Assembly (NCBI GenBank): GCA_964016885.1
Contig: OZ024753.1
Span: 40,796,001-40,860,000, forward strand
From: Eledone cirrhosa
Lineage: Eukaryota
DNA length: 64,000 nucleotides
Direction: 5' to 3'
Shown here: positions 41,142 to 54,667 of the stretch, one piece after another
Layout: every line of letters starts with the position of its first letter
Numbering within the stretch: the first letter of the stretch is position 1
Notes under the pieces: generated by a model
Told to the model about the DNA's origin: nothing
The model's input: only the letters and a program-made list of their open reading frames with translations
The model's database searches: none
Translations under genes and position numbers: made by a program

Positions 41142-41560
41142 AAGTGACAATAAGAATTGCAGCTTTTTGTAATATATATATACATACACACATATATACA
41201 TACATATATGTATATATATATACATTTATATACATAAATATATGTATATTTATACATATATATATATGTGTGTGTATGCATGTATATATTTATATATATA
41301 TGTGTGTGTATGAGTGTGTGTGTGTGTGTGTGCATGTGTGTGTATGTATATATATATATATATATAAAGTGACAATAAGAATTGCAGCTTTTTGTAATAT
41401 ATATATACATACACACATATATACATACATATATGTATATATATACACATTTATATACATAAATATATGTATATTTATACATATATATATATATGTGTGT
41501 GTATGCATGTATATATTTATATATATATGTGTGTGTATGAGTGTGTGTGTGTGTGCGCAT
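41142..41560. repeat. Local tandem duplication, period about 225 bp
   Basis: AAGTGACAATAAGAATTGCAGCTTTTTGTAATA at 41142 and 41367 with matching downstream sequence. Confidence 0.85.
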
Positions 41561-42294
41561 GTGTGTGTATGTGTATATGTATGTGTGTGTATGTGTGTGT
41601 ATGTGAGTGTGTGTGTGTGTGAGTGTGTAGGTATAAGTAAGAAATAATATGATATATTTGTGTAATAAATAGCATCAATTGTCATGCGCCATTGAAACAT
41701 ATGGCTTAGAGCAAAGGGAGAGAAGAAAGGAGAACATTTCTCCGTCCACAAGGAAAAAATATAAAAGAAGAAAAAATATAAAAATCCTAAACAACAATAA
41801 AACCATAAATAGATTAACAAATAGATTAACAGAGAAATAATGGAGATCAGTTGTTTGGTATTTGGGAGTTTTCGATCGATATATACACACAACTGACCAG
41901 AAGGGCGTATAAAAACATAAATATATTGTGTTTATATATATATTAGCTAATCTATAGTATTTCTGCGCATAAGCATACCATTCTTTATATATATTTACAT
42001 ATATATATATATATTCATATGCATATATATATATACATATATATATATTAAAGTGTTGAACAATATTCAATGAGTATGTCAAAGAATGAGTTTTACAGTA
42101 GATTGGAAGCACTCTACGGTTTAAATAATTTTCCGGAGTTATTAATATTAAAATATAAATATTAATAAAATAGATGTTCTTTTTATCAATTACATTTTAT
42201 TTTACATATTTCGGATGTACAACAGTACGTCCTCATCTACTACCTTGATTAAATCTTAACCATTTAACATCTCAGGGTATGTCATGTATCATTA

Positions 42295-42349
42295 TATTTT
42301 GTCTGATGAGGACGTACTGTTGTACATCGGAAATATGTATAATAAAATG
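42295..42349 (+). ncRNA. Minimal type I hammerhead (P3-related family)
   Basis: TATTTTGT-CTGATGA-GGACGTAC TGTT GTACATCG-GAAA-TATGTA-TA-ATAAAATG; inverted partial copy at about 42147-42237. Confidence 0.75.
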
Positions 42350-42674
42350 TAATTGATCAAAAGAACATCTATTTTATTAATATTTATATATATATATATA
42401 TAAGTATATCTCTCGGCTGAAGAGGAGGTCATATAACTGTCCATGCATTAATAAATTGCTATAACCACTTATCTTCATGTTGTACTTTAACCTATATCTT
42501 TGATTTTTGATTGTACCTATTAATATAAATGTAATCTCGAAGTGTGTACTGCCACTCTAAATTCTGTAATGAATGTTGACCCACAATGTTTGAATATGTA
42601 TCAATGTTTGAATATGTATTGGTATATCTCTCGGCTGAAGAGGAGGTCATATAACTGTCCATGCATTAATAAAT

Positions 42675-42721
42675 TGCTCCGAAGAATCCAAACCTCGGTT
42701 TGGAGGAAACAGCTGTAAGCA
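42675..42721 (+). ncRNA. Hammerhead with CCGAAGA core (family P7)
   Basis: TGCT-CCGAAGA-ATCCAAAC CTCG GTTTGGAG-GAAA-CAGCTG-TA-AGCA inside element 42406-42760. Confidence 0.75.
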
Positions 42722-42752
42722 CAATAATGTTTTGAACAGTTCTTTGATTCTT

Positions 42753-42790
<38 letters not shown>

Positions 42791-42794
<4 letters not shown>

Positions 42795-42978
42795 AAAAAA
42801 GTCAGGACTCCGAAGGCTGAGCTCCAGCCGTTTCAGCAGTTAGTTCGGATCTAGCTGTCGAAACGGCCGGAGCTCAGCCGTCGGATTCATGACTTTTTTC
42901 CTATTACCCACTCTACTACCCGAAGTATTGAGTACTCTGGTGCGTTATGGTCCACCTAGTATCTTACCGCAACCTCTT

Positions 42979-42984
<6 letters not shown>
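42791..42984 (+). mobile_element. P1 family (diverged subfamily) with inverted 5' segment
   Basis: Matches 20104-20266 reverse complement. Confidence 0.78.
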
Positions 42985-43050
<66 letters not shown>

Positions 43051-43095
43051 GTATATATATATATGTCTATATATATATATATATATATATATACA

Positions 43096-43282
43096 TGAAG
43101 GAAATGTGGTAAGGAACCAGATGGACCATAATGCACCAAAGTACTCAATACTTAGGGTATTAGAGTGGGTAATAGGAACGAGTAGGACCCCGACGGCTGA
43201 GCTCAAGCCGTTTCGACGGCTAATTCTGGACGGAATTAGTCGTCGAAACGGCTTGAGCTCAGCCGTCGGGGTCCTACTCGTT

Positions 43283-43286
<4 letters not shown>
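43096..43286 (-). mobile_element. P1 family copy with inverted 5' segment
   Basis: Matches 461-668 reverse complement. Confidence 0.8.
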
Positions 43287-43331
<45 letters not shown>

Positions 43332-43789
43332 AGTGAAGCAATCGTGGTACATCGCCGGTACGAGTCAACTTCTTTCGTTTTTCCCTGTAATATAGAAGCC
43401 TCAGAAATGTGTCATGGAATCATGGACGCCTTCTTCTGTGAGTCTTCTCTTGAGTCTTTATTAGGCATCATCAAATACTACATATTAGGATATCCGCCTT
43501 GGACTGATTTGGGAGCAGACAAATATTCTGTGCTGCAAAGGAACCTCGCCCTTTACTGGTGAAGCATTGGAGCAGACATTAAAATCTTTTAGATTATTCC
43601 CTGGAGCAAAGAACTGCTATCATGTGTTAATAATCCACCAAAATGATATAATAATTAGCCATGTCTGCTCCACTTCCTATGTTTCTTACTGACTATTGTT
43701 ATGATTCCTCCTTTAGGTTATCATCTCATTCCATTTCTCATCCAAGAAGAAATCTCGAACGGACGAGGGTATATGTATTTGAATTACTA

Positions 43790-44006
43790 CAGGGTGACCA
43801 CAAAAACACTCCTTGATTTCAAGTACTATAATATAAAAACCTTAATGAATATTTTTACAATATCAGTGGCTACTGTTACATAAACTAACAAAGTTTCTTG
43901 TGGTATTGGTTGATTACGAAGGCATTCGATGTGTGGCCCTTTTGTTTCTCGGCATACTACATCAATACGATTATCGAGCTCAGAGTATTTTTGTGGTCAA
44001 CCCCTG
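43790..44006 (-). mobile_element. Internally deleted Tc1/mariner element
   Basis: TA-CAGGGTGACCACAAAAACACTC..GAGTATTTTTGTGGTCAACCCCTG-TA; minus strand ELDNRIDVVCRETKGPHIECL resembles the transposase C-terminal motif. Confidence 0.82.
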
Positions 44007-44289
44007 TAGTTGCTACGCTACAAATTCCTACTTTTGTTACCATATCGTTTGAGTTGTATAAACTGGGTTCTTACATAGAAAGATATCGCTTCCGCCAGGT
44101 TTAAAATGGCCAAGACACAGAGTTTAACAGAAAAGCGCTCCAACGATGCCATCATGATTAAAATAAGAACTCTTTACTTCAATCGTACAGGGATACAGAG
44201 AGGAGGAGAGGGGGAGAGATAGTTGTAGGTATGTAAGTGTGTATTATTGTAGTCGTGTCAGTGTGTGTGTTATATGGGGAGAGAGAGGA

Positions 44290-44678
44290 GCAGAGAGGGG
44301 GAAAGAGATGTAGGTATGTATTCCTGTATTCTTCTATTCGTGTATGTTATATGGAGATAGAGAGGAGGAGAGAGATGTATGTATGTATTCCTGTATTCTT
44401 CTATTCGTGTATGTTATATGGAAATAGAGAGGGGGAAAGAGATGTAGGTATGTATTCCTGTATTCTTCTATTCGTGTATGTTATATGGAGATAGAGAGGA
44501 GGAGAGAGATGTAGGTATGTATTCCTGTATTCTTCTATTCGTGTATGTTATATGGAAATAGAGAGGGGGAAAGAGATGTAGGTATGTATTCCTGTATTCT
44601 TCTATTCGTGTATGTTATATGGAGATAGAGAGGAGGAGAGAGATGTAGGTATGTATTCCTGTATTCTTCTATTCGTGT
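44290..44678. repeat. 67-bp minisatellite, about 6 copies, alternating variants
   Basis: Units in register at 44311, 44378, 44445, 44512, 44579. Confidence 0.92.
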
Positions 44679-45406
44679 ATATGAGTATCTGAGAGAATGT
44701 TTCTGTTTTATATATGTGTATGTGAAATCGTTACGAACATTATATAGACAATCGCTGTCTATTGTTTTATTCTCTGTTGTCACACTGAGTTTCTTGAATT
44801 ATTCATAAAGTTATCATTGCCAAAATATCATTATGAAAACAAAAGCAATAATGATACCAGCACCGCCACCACCACCACCACAACACCACCACCAACAACA
44901 ACAACAACAACACCACCACCACCAACAACACCACCACCACCAACAACAACAACAGCATCAACAACACCACCGCTAACACCACCACCACCACCACCAACAA
45001 TACCACCAACACCACCACTAACACCACCACCACCAACAACACCACCAATACCACCACTAACACCACCACCAACACCAACAACAACACCACCAACACCACC
45101 ACCACCACCAAAGCCGCCCATTAATATTTACGAAAACAATTGTAGTAATGCCAAAACGTAAAAGAAACGATCCACAACAAAACAACAATTCTAAAGATTA
45201 TTATAACCTTACTACTACTACTACTACTACTACCACTACCATGACTACTACTACTACTACCACTACCATGACTACTACTACTACTACTACTACTGTTACT
45301 GCTACCACTACTATGATTACTACTACTACTACTGTTACTACTACTACTACTACCACTACCATGACTATTACTACTACTACTAATACTACTACTACTACTA
45401 ATGATA

Positions 45407-45585
45407 AGTGTTTCGACTTTTGGTTCAAAGCCAGTAATTTGAAGAGAAGGAAAAATCAACCCAGTACATTACTGGTACTTTTATTTTATCGACCCCGTAA
45501 GGATGAAAGGCAAAGTTAACCTCGGCGGGATTTGAACTCAGACCATAAAGGGCCGTAACTCTACCGATACTGCCAATCCACCGCC
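45407..45585 (-). mobile_element. Meta-domain-type SINE with deleted head segment
   Basis: Reverse-complement match to the family. Confidence 0.85.
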
Positions 45586-46129
45586 TTAATAATTCAAATA
45601 ATAAGTAAGTATAAAAAAATGGTGTGATGCTGTGATGTGTTCGAAAGAACCATGAATGACTGAAGAATCAATAATACTTTAGAAATTATTTATATTCTTC
45701 AGATTCTTTGTCTGTTCCATTGTCACTTTGTCAGTTGGAGATATTTTGAGTATTTTTTTTATTCCTTCCATTGTTTTGGAGTTTCTGTTTAGCAATCTTA
45801 ATATTTTGTTAGCCCGCATTTACACACTATGTGCTGTAGGGGTTGCATGGGTGTATATGTATAGATATAGATATTATATGTCTGTGTATATAATATGGTA
45901 TAATGTGTGTTTGTTTATATATATATAATGCGATGAAATATCAATGATGGTTGGCAAATCACTGACGAGGGACTAATTTTATCATATGTAACCCATGTGC
46001 AACCGCGCAGTATTCTTCTTTCTTCTCATGTTTTATATATATATTAGTTTTGCGAGGTTTTTGATATGAAATCGTGTGTCGAAACATGAAAGATGGCGTA
46101 AGCATACAATGCAACGGGAGGAAACATAA

Positions 46130-46176
46130 TATCACCACTGACGATGTTGCAGATGTGCAACGAAAGAACTTTGATA
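46130..46176 (+). ncRNA. Hammerhead-like motif (family P8)
   Basis: CTGACGA-T-GTTGCA GATG TGCAAC-GAAA-GAAC-TT; stem I imperfect (TATCA/TGATA offset). Confidence 0.55.
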
Positions 46177-47116
46177 GACTATATATATGTGTTTGTGTCT
46201 ATATTGTATCTGTATTTTTGACCGTTGGTCAGTCAATGGCAACATTGAGGACCGAATAAATTAAATTAACCGATATAAAAGACACAGAAGCGAAAACCAA
46301 CCAAACAGTGAGTGTGTTCTGTTATTAATTCTGGCAATATTATTACACAAATATGACCCTCCCCAAGTATAGATAGTTAGATAGATAGATAGATATAGAT
46401 ATATATAGATATGTATACGAATATAAACAATAAAATATATTTAATCAACAGCTAAGAAATTTAGTAGATAAATTATGTAATATTCATTCAATATTTATTC
46501 TAAGTAATCCAACTTATTTTACTAATGGGTTAAACAATTATAAACCGTACGCAGTCCCGCACTCCTTACGTTATTATAGTTTAGATTGCTGGAACACCAT
46601 GGAACACCATGTAACACCATTGTAGACACAATAGTGGATAAATTGACTTGATATTTTTCCTACATCCATTACGTTATATGATTAAATCTAACCATCTTTT
46701 CAAATTGATGTAAAAGCTATCAGTCAAGTTCTGAGGTAATTTATTGATTTGATTTCCTAGAACGGAAAAATATTGTTTGGTCATGTGCCAACATAAGAAT
46801 TCATTATTTCATAGATTTTAACATTATTCAAAACAATAAAAAAAGAATTCGAGGTTTTATTGTGAAAAGTATCCTAAAAAATAAAACTCTATCACCGCAA
46901 ATATCTCTCCATTAAAACAATGTACAACGTGTAATGGAGACAAAAACTAGAATATTCCAACTATAAACAGGATAAACAATACACACATACACACACACTC
47001 ACACACACATAAGCACGTACAGATTAGTATATATCAATAGATGTGTATGTACGCATGTATATATATATATATATGTATACTCATATACATATATACATAT
47101 ACTGATCTACATGTAT

Positions 47117-47149
<33 letters not shown>

Positions 47150-47200
47150 AGTATATGTATGTATAGTTATATTCATATACTTATATTCTTATATTTGTAG

Positions 47201-47249
<49 letters not shown>

Positions 47250-48005
47250 AGTACATGTATGTATAGTTATACTTATATACTTATACTCTCATATTTGTAG
47301 GTGTATATATAAAAATATATATACGCACACTTGCACACACTTAGACAGACACACAGACACCGACACACAAGCACACGTAGTCAAAAGTAGTAAACACATT
47401 AATATATACTAAACCGTTAAAAGAAACCAATAGAATTGTCCTTGCTTGTGTTGTTATGGTCCAACAATGAATTAAGAAGTGTTTGCACTGAAATATACTG
47501 TTTTAACAAGAAAAACTCTCTTGTATATTTACCAGGATTTTTTTCAACACGCTGACGTGTATATGTATATTTGTGTGCCTGTGTGTATGTGTATGTGGAC
47601 ACATTTATGTGTATGAGTGTATAAATATAAACTCGTAAACAAAGACACACTTACAAAGATACACACTCACAAACACACATTCACATTTATGTGTATGAGT
47701 GTATAAATATAAACTCGTAAACAAAGACACACTTACAAAGATACACACTCACAAACACACATTCACACAGACACACACATACATTCACACACATATCGTA
47801 GTTAATGAAACGCCACTGTTTTGCTATAGTTTATTCACCATCCCCTTCCTTTCTGTTACACATATACACATTCACACAAACAGACACACACATACATACA
47901 CACACATTGTATGGCGGATGGACGGGAGTCACACAAATTTATATATAGCAGGGTGGCCAGCGCTCTACCGATAATGCCAATGAGATATATAGGTAGGTAG
48001 GTAGG

Positions 48006-48084
<79 letters not shown>

Positions 48085-48115
48085 CTATATAGGTGGGTAG
48101 ATAGATAGATAGATA

Positions 48116-48764
48116 AATTTCTTTATTAGCCACAAGAGAACAAAAGAAGAGGACAAATACAAATGGGGAGTTTACATACAGGTACATTAAAATAAAACTA
48201 TAAATAAAATAACAAATAACAATAGAAATCCCCAATAGGGGGGAGGCGTTACACAGGGGTTGTACACCCCCCCCCCCCCCCAAAAAAAAATGTACAACCC
48301 TCATCTCCAGGAGCACCAAGAGTGAGTACTCCCTTCCTCTCTTCCTCTTTTTCCTCAAACCTACAGGCTTATATAGAGAGAAGGTCCAAACCTCTCGGGC
48401 CATCTTTGCCACATTCACCCATCTTTTATAAAATTTGCTGGGGTACAGCACCTCTCTCTCCATCCTGATTCTTCTTCCAAAATGATATTTGAAAAAACGA
48501 ATCGGTTGCTCGTCGTAGATAGATAGATATATTTCTTTATTTACCATAAAGGCATAAAAAGAAGGGACAAATACAAAGGGGGAGTTTACATAAAACCGAG
48601 TCGTCATAGATAGATAGATATGTTTCTTTTATTTGCCACCAGGGCATCAAAAGTGGGACAAGTACAATGGGGGGGGAGTTTACAAAACAAGGCGTCCTCA
48701 ATAAGGAGGAGGCAATAACAATATATAAAAATAAAATAAAATATAACAAAAAATAAAATTTGTC

Positions 48765-48765
<1 letters not shown>
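48116..48765 (-). mobile_element. Three stacked Tx1/L1-clade 3' ends in (GATA)n
   Basis: Copies at about 48116-48516, 48531-48606 and 48621-48765, each bounded by GATA repeats; the longest encodes FFKYHFGRRIRMEREVLYPSKFYKRWVNVAKMAR. Confidence 0.82.
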
Positions 48766-48805
<40 letters not shown>

Positions 48806-49087
48806 ATACAAATAACAATACTATTACTACCACTAGTATTAATAGTAATGGCCACTGATTCTGGCACAAGGCGAATAAGTTTAGCGTTCGAGGTCCTTAT
48901 TCTTAAACTGATGTTATCACGTCCATTGAATTATAGTACTATCTTCATTTCTTTATGAAACTGTATTAATGGTTTGGTTGGAGAGAAGAGGACATTGGTC
49001 TGTTTAGCGAGAGTGGACAACATAGTCCTTTCAGCACAGCTGCATCCTCTCGACTGTTGCCACGTGTGTATATCCAGTTAAATATCA

Positions 49088-49123
<36 letters not shown>

Positions 49124-49279
49124 GTGTGTATATGTATATACATATATTTCTTGATTAACGTTCGCAAAGAATACAAATACATAGACACACATATATATAT
49201 GTAAATATATATATATATGTATATACATACATGTATGTGTGTATATTATATTTATACATATATAACATATATATATTTA

Positions 49280-49347
<68 letters not shown>

Positions 49348-50470
49348 GTATGCATATGTATATGTGTATATGTGTGTATATATATATAGAGAGAGAGAGA
49401 GAAAGAGAGAAATAAATAAATATATATGTATATATATAAATATAATATACACACATACATGTATGTATATACATATATATATATACATAATACGTATATA
49501 TATTTACATATATATGTGTATATATGTGTATATATGTGTGTTTTCTGCGAACGTTAATCAAGAAATAAGACCTAAATGAAAATACAAAACAACTAAATAA
49601 AACAAAAAACAAAACAATATAACATTTTTAAAAGATACATCGTAAAATCTATTAACTACGAAAGGCTTCCACCATCTTTGTTCGGTAAATATCACTCTTC
49701 GACGTATGGAGTCAATAAATTGTTATATTGCAAAGAACCGTTATAAAACAGAGAATTTTATACATGTACTTAACTGTTAAACGGATTCAAGAGAGGAAGA
49801 AGCCTAACGGGGCCAGTCCCGCATCCTGAAGCAAGTAAAAGATGGATGAGAGTGGGGAAGCTACTGTATCAGAGTGGGGAAGCTACTGCATGAGAGTGGG
49901 GATGCTACGGTATAAAAGTGGGGAGCTGCCATATGAGTGTTGGGGAGCTGCCGCCACATAGATTTTTTTCGTTTGATTTTTGCCATGGTTTCTTCCCGTT
50001 TCCGACCTTCCATTCGCCGCTTCCTTAACAACGCTCCCGAGGTATTTGAGAGCTCAGGCAATGGCGTCGGAGGTCGAGAAGTAAATCCGCCATATCTTCG
50101 CCAGTATGACACAAAACACTAGACATTAAGACACTAAGACACTAGAAACTGGACTTAGAAGAGAAGAGGCTAGTCTACTAGGGAAATGGGGAAAGGCTGA
50201 AAACAATGAGAAAAGAAGAAGCGTTAGAAGTATCATGAGAACAAGTAATATAAATTACTGACTTTATAATGCGGCTTCTTCCATTATTGCTGCTATTGCT
50301 GCTGCTGGTAAAGTCATGGTGGATGTATCGTCTGCTGCTTTAAGAAGAATAAAAATCGCCGTTAATATTTGGTTGTGAGATGGACACACTCATAAAGGTT
50401 TTTAAGTAAGTTAGACGGAATAAACTCCCACATTTTATGAATACTTCTTAACATCATATAGAAAAACCCG

Positions 50471-50560
<90 letters not shown>

Positions 50561-50654
50561 CATCCATCCATCTATCTCTCTCTCTATCTATCTATATAGG
50601 TGCCATATCTATCTAGCCATATATCTATCTATCTATCTTTATATATATTTATAT

Positions 50655-50762
50655 ATAGTTTATTGTTATTCATTATTCTTAAAGATTTTATGTAAAACCC
50701 CTACCGTCACGTCTTGTAATGTCCCATTTTTGTACGCCCTTGTGGCAAATAAAGAAAGATAT
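50655..50762 (+). mobile_element. Tx1/L1-clade 3' UTR remnant
   Basis: TATGTAAAACCCC..TTGTAATGTCCC..CCTTGTGGCAAATAAAGAAA then (CTAT)n. Confidence 0.7.
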
Positions 50763-51473
50763 TCTCTATCTATCTATCTACCTATCTATCTATCTACCTA
50801 TCACTTCACTTCTACTTACTTCATATTAATATCGAAATACACTGACATAAATTGAAATACATTGAAACACATTGAAACTCATAGAAACACAGAAATACAT
50901 GAGTTCGCAGTATTATCCATATTTTTTCCTCTGCATACTTCAAAGTTGACTGAACATGCCATAGCGATTATACTAAATACACAGCTGCACCTCCATAAGA
51001 AAGTCTAAGAATTCAGTTTATGACAAATCTACCCGCTTCTTTTATATAAATCCATTTCTAGAGACTTAGAAGAGTTTTCGCTTTAAGTAAGGGAAGAATA
51101 AATCTCACCACAAATCAACAAAAACAAAGAACCAAAATCTCTTTGAAATTTTTCTCTTTAGCTTTCTTTGTTTTTGTTATTGTTGTTTTTCTTTGTTATT
51201 TATTTATTTATTTATTTATTTATTGTATGCCCTTATATGGTCGTATAACAAGCAGTTTAAGAAATGGTGATGCTTCTATATATATATCTCCTAGCTACTT
51301 GGAAAGGGGTTATTCCACATCAAAAGATAATCTATATGACATGGATATATATATATATATGTTTGGATTTAGAATCGAACAACGGATAGGAATTCTACAC
51401 AGATTTAGTCCCAGGCTTTTAGGATAATAAATAATAATATTATTGATAATGATAATACTACTACTACTACTAC

Positions 51474-51508
<35 letters not shown>

Positions 51509-51510
51509 AA

Positions 51511-52527
51511 TGATTTCATTTATTGGCCTCAAGGGCCGACATATAGGGGACAATACAAAAGACTGGGACAGTGGGGTTTTACAGAAAAATCGAGTAAACA
51601 ATATGAATAACAATAACAAAGTAACAATAACAAAGTAACAATAAAGTAACAATAAAATTACAACAAGAAAAAATTCCCCAATGGGGGGATGACCACCTAG
51701 GGTTCGCTCAGGTACCCCACCAGTTCTGAACGACCAGGCGCTTCGAGAGCACCCTGGAAGGGCACCCCTCTCCTCTTCAAATGTACCTACCTACAGCCGC
51801 ATGACCAGAGTAGACCCACTCACACGGGCCATTCTCTCCACATTCACCTACCTTTCATCAAATGTACTGGGGGGCAGCACTTCTCTCTCCACCCTCACCT
51901 TCCTTTCCAAGTGAAACTTGAAAAAGTTGATGAGGGATTGGCCGAAGAGAAAAGTGTCTGTCTTCAGTCCTTTCAACCTCGTCCACCATACAACCTCTTT
52001 CGCCACCACTAATCCTCTATAGAACTCGAGAGTGGAAGTTCCACTGACCGCATTGCCAGCCTGGTAGAGGGCAGTAGGTGCCTGGCAACATTCCAGATGC
52101 CAGTCACCTAGTCTCGGTCTCTTCTTGAAACAGGACTGCAACTCAGTCAAAGAAACGAGCTGCGGAAAGGTCCGTCTGACAAACGGCGACCACACCTGTT
52201 CACCGTTTAGGCAGAATATCTGGAGATGCCGCAGCCTCAGCGCGTGCCTACGCATCATTAACCACGGCATGCACAGCCCTCCACGTAGAGGGTGCTGGCA
52301 GCAGATGGACCGCCTCACCAGCGGAACTTGACCCCTCCACAAGAATTTGAAGAGGAGCCGCTCCAAGATGGCGAGGCGCGAACGGGGGCAAGGGACGACA
52401 GTCAGACGGTATTAGATGACGGACGCGATGTACGCGTTCGCCACCTCCGCCCGACCTTTCAGTGATATCTTCATCCCAGCCCATTTCTGAGTGAGACTGA
52501 CTACCCTGCCCGTCACCTCGTCCCAAT
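51511..52527 (-). mobile_element. Tx1/L1-clade LINE ORF2 3' fragment, internally deleted
   Basis: WAGMKISLKGRAEVANAYIASVI..LLFKFLWRGQVPLVRRSICCQHPLRGGLCMP is the typical L1/Tx1 post-RT region; joined to the C-terminus and 3' UTR. Confidence 0.88.
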
Positions 52528-52557
52528 TCTTCTTCTTATTATTATTCTTATTCTTCT

Positions 52558-52603
<46 letters not shown>

Positions 52604-52623
52604 GGCACATCTTCTTCTGTATA

Positions 52624-52838
52624 TTGGCAAAATCGGTAGACCATCGGGCAACCTGCTTTGTGGCATATAGATATTGTCCTTTACTTTCTTAGTTCAAGTC
52701 CAGCCGAGGTTAGCTTTGCTTTTCATCCTTACGGGGATCGATAAAATAAAGTACCAGTAATACATTGGAGTCGATTTAATCAACTCCCACCCCCTTCTCC
52801 CAAAATTGCTGGCCTTGTGCCTAAATTATAAACCAATA
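52624..52838 (+). mobile_element. Meta-domain-type SINE, long variant
   Basis: Head, core and GTCGATTTAATC segment. Confidence 0.82.
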
Positions 52839-53018
52839 TTAAAAGATAGAGAATATCTTGCAGGAAGAAAAGAGTGCCTCAAACCTTCGGGAAAGGATTT
52901 GCAAGGAATAGATTGTGATGAGTAAATTGGGGTGGCGGTGATGTGGATAGTATGGGGGGTATTTTAGGGGTGTACAGTGTGTGACTGGGTGGTGGGGGAG
53001 TCTTTTCTTCTCCTCATA

Positions 53019-53050
<32 letters not shown>

Positions 53051-53194
53051 AGTTGTTGTTGTTGTTGGTATTGCTGTTCTTCTTGTTGCTGTTGTTGTTG
53101 ATGACGCTGTTGCACTTGTCGTTGTTGTTGCTGCTGTTGTTGTTGTTGTTGCTATTGCTGTTGTTGTTGTTGTTGTTGTTGTTGCTGCTGCTGC

Positions 53195-53254
<60 letters not shown>

Positions 53255-53353
53255 CAGTGATAATATTGATGGAAACGATAGTTTTGGGTAATTTTGCTAT
53301 TGTGTTTTTTAATGTGTCGTTGTTATTGTTGTTGTCGTTGTTGTTGTTGGTGC

Positions 53354-53395
<42 letters not shown>

Positions 53396-53587
53396 CGTCG
53401 TCGTCAACGTTGTTGTGCTATGGCTGTTATTGTTGTTGTTGTTGTCAACATCGTTTTGCTGTGGTTGTTATTGTATCATTTTTGCTGAGACTAACGTATG
53501 CTTCTCTCTTCTAATGGGCGCGGGACAATAGCCAAAATGGCTACCGTTGAGATGCTGACAAATATTCGACAAAACATATAAAGCCCA

Positions 53588-53670
53588 TCATTATCATCAT
53601 CATCATTATCATCATCATCATCATCATCATCATCATAATCATCATCATCATCATTTAACGTCCGTTTTCC
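53588..53670 (-). mobile_element. RTE-type 3' tail remnant with (GAT)n
   Basis: Minus strand GGAAAACGGACGTTAAATGATGATGAT. Confidence 0.55.
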
Positions 53671-53943
53671 CTACTTGTCAAATGTGTGCTATTACATCAA
53701 ACTCTAATTCACAATTTCAAGAACAAGCAATAATGAGAAATATATTAACGGAAGCGGGACACAGGATATCCAGTATACCACGCACTCCCACACACACCAT
53801 CACTATCATCCCATCCCCAACGTCATCACCATCATCCTCTTTGCATCATCATCCTCTCCACCACCATCGCTATTATCACTACAAACCGCCACCACAACTA
53901 CCACGGGGCCGACTTCAGTTGTTGAATAGACAAAACACAAAGC

Positions 53944-53976
<33 letters not shown>

Positions 53977-54316
53977 AACTAATGCAAATGGCAACAATGT
54001 GGAATGTAAAATTAGAGGAGATTCATGCAGGCGGAAACGAAGAGGCAACCTATGAAAGGTCACGTGACTGGTCTCATTTAGAGCCTGAAATTTGTAGTAT
54101 TTTCTTCGACGGAAAAATTGTTACATTAAAAACGTCAAAGAAAAGATGAGGCGAGATTGATATAAAGGGTGTTGTAGTGAGCGGGGAGGGAGGGGGGTGA
54201 TGTTGGAGGGAGGGTCACGGAAGGGAGGGCGAAGGATTGAAGTAGGAAATGAGGATGAGAGAGATGCAAAGGGAGAGATAGATGGGTAGATGGATAGATA
54301 GATAGATAGATAGATG

Positions 54317-54382
<66 letters not shown>

Positions 54383-54579
54383 CAGATAGATACATAGATA
54401 GATAGATAGATAAATGCATTCACGTAAATAGACAGAGACTGAGAGCGCATGTCTATATATATATCTATATATCTATATATATATATGACCGTTATATCGC
54501 GTGACTATCTCCCCCTCCGCCTTTTGGGATTCTTTCTCACGTCGTGTAGACGCGTTCTTGAGACTAGTAAAATGAGGTA

Positions 54580-54667
54580 TCCTCTTGATAAGTTGGCAGA
54601 CCTCGCAAGGACTCTATATCTTTGATATATTGTTTTTGTTTATGCCACGAAACTACGTAGTCGAGGA
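54580..54667 (+). ncRNA. Type I hammerhead, U3-A8 core variant (copy 1)
   Basis: TCCTC-TTGATAA-long stem II-GAAA-CTACGTAG-TC-GAGGA; predicted cleavage after 54662. Confidence 0.78.

Noticed and set aside
42417-42452. CTGAAGA-GGA..TCC (also at 42634)
   Set aside because: No GAAA or UH follows; not a complete ribozyme
44817-45519. Pro/Thr-rich extensin-like ORFs
   Set aside because: (CCA/CAA)n and (CTA)n repeats running into a SINE
45655-45705. CTGAAGA..GAAA motif
   Set aside because: No stem II; CTGAAGAAT simply pairs with ATTCTTCAG
54025-54070. RRKRRGNL, resembling the start of a TGIF homeodomain
   Set aside because: Followed immediately by a stop codon, with no further homeodomain similarity
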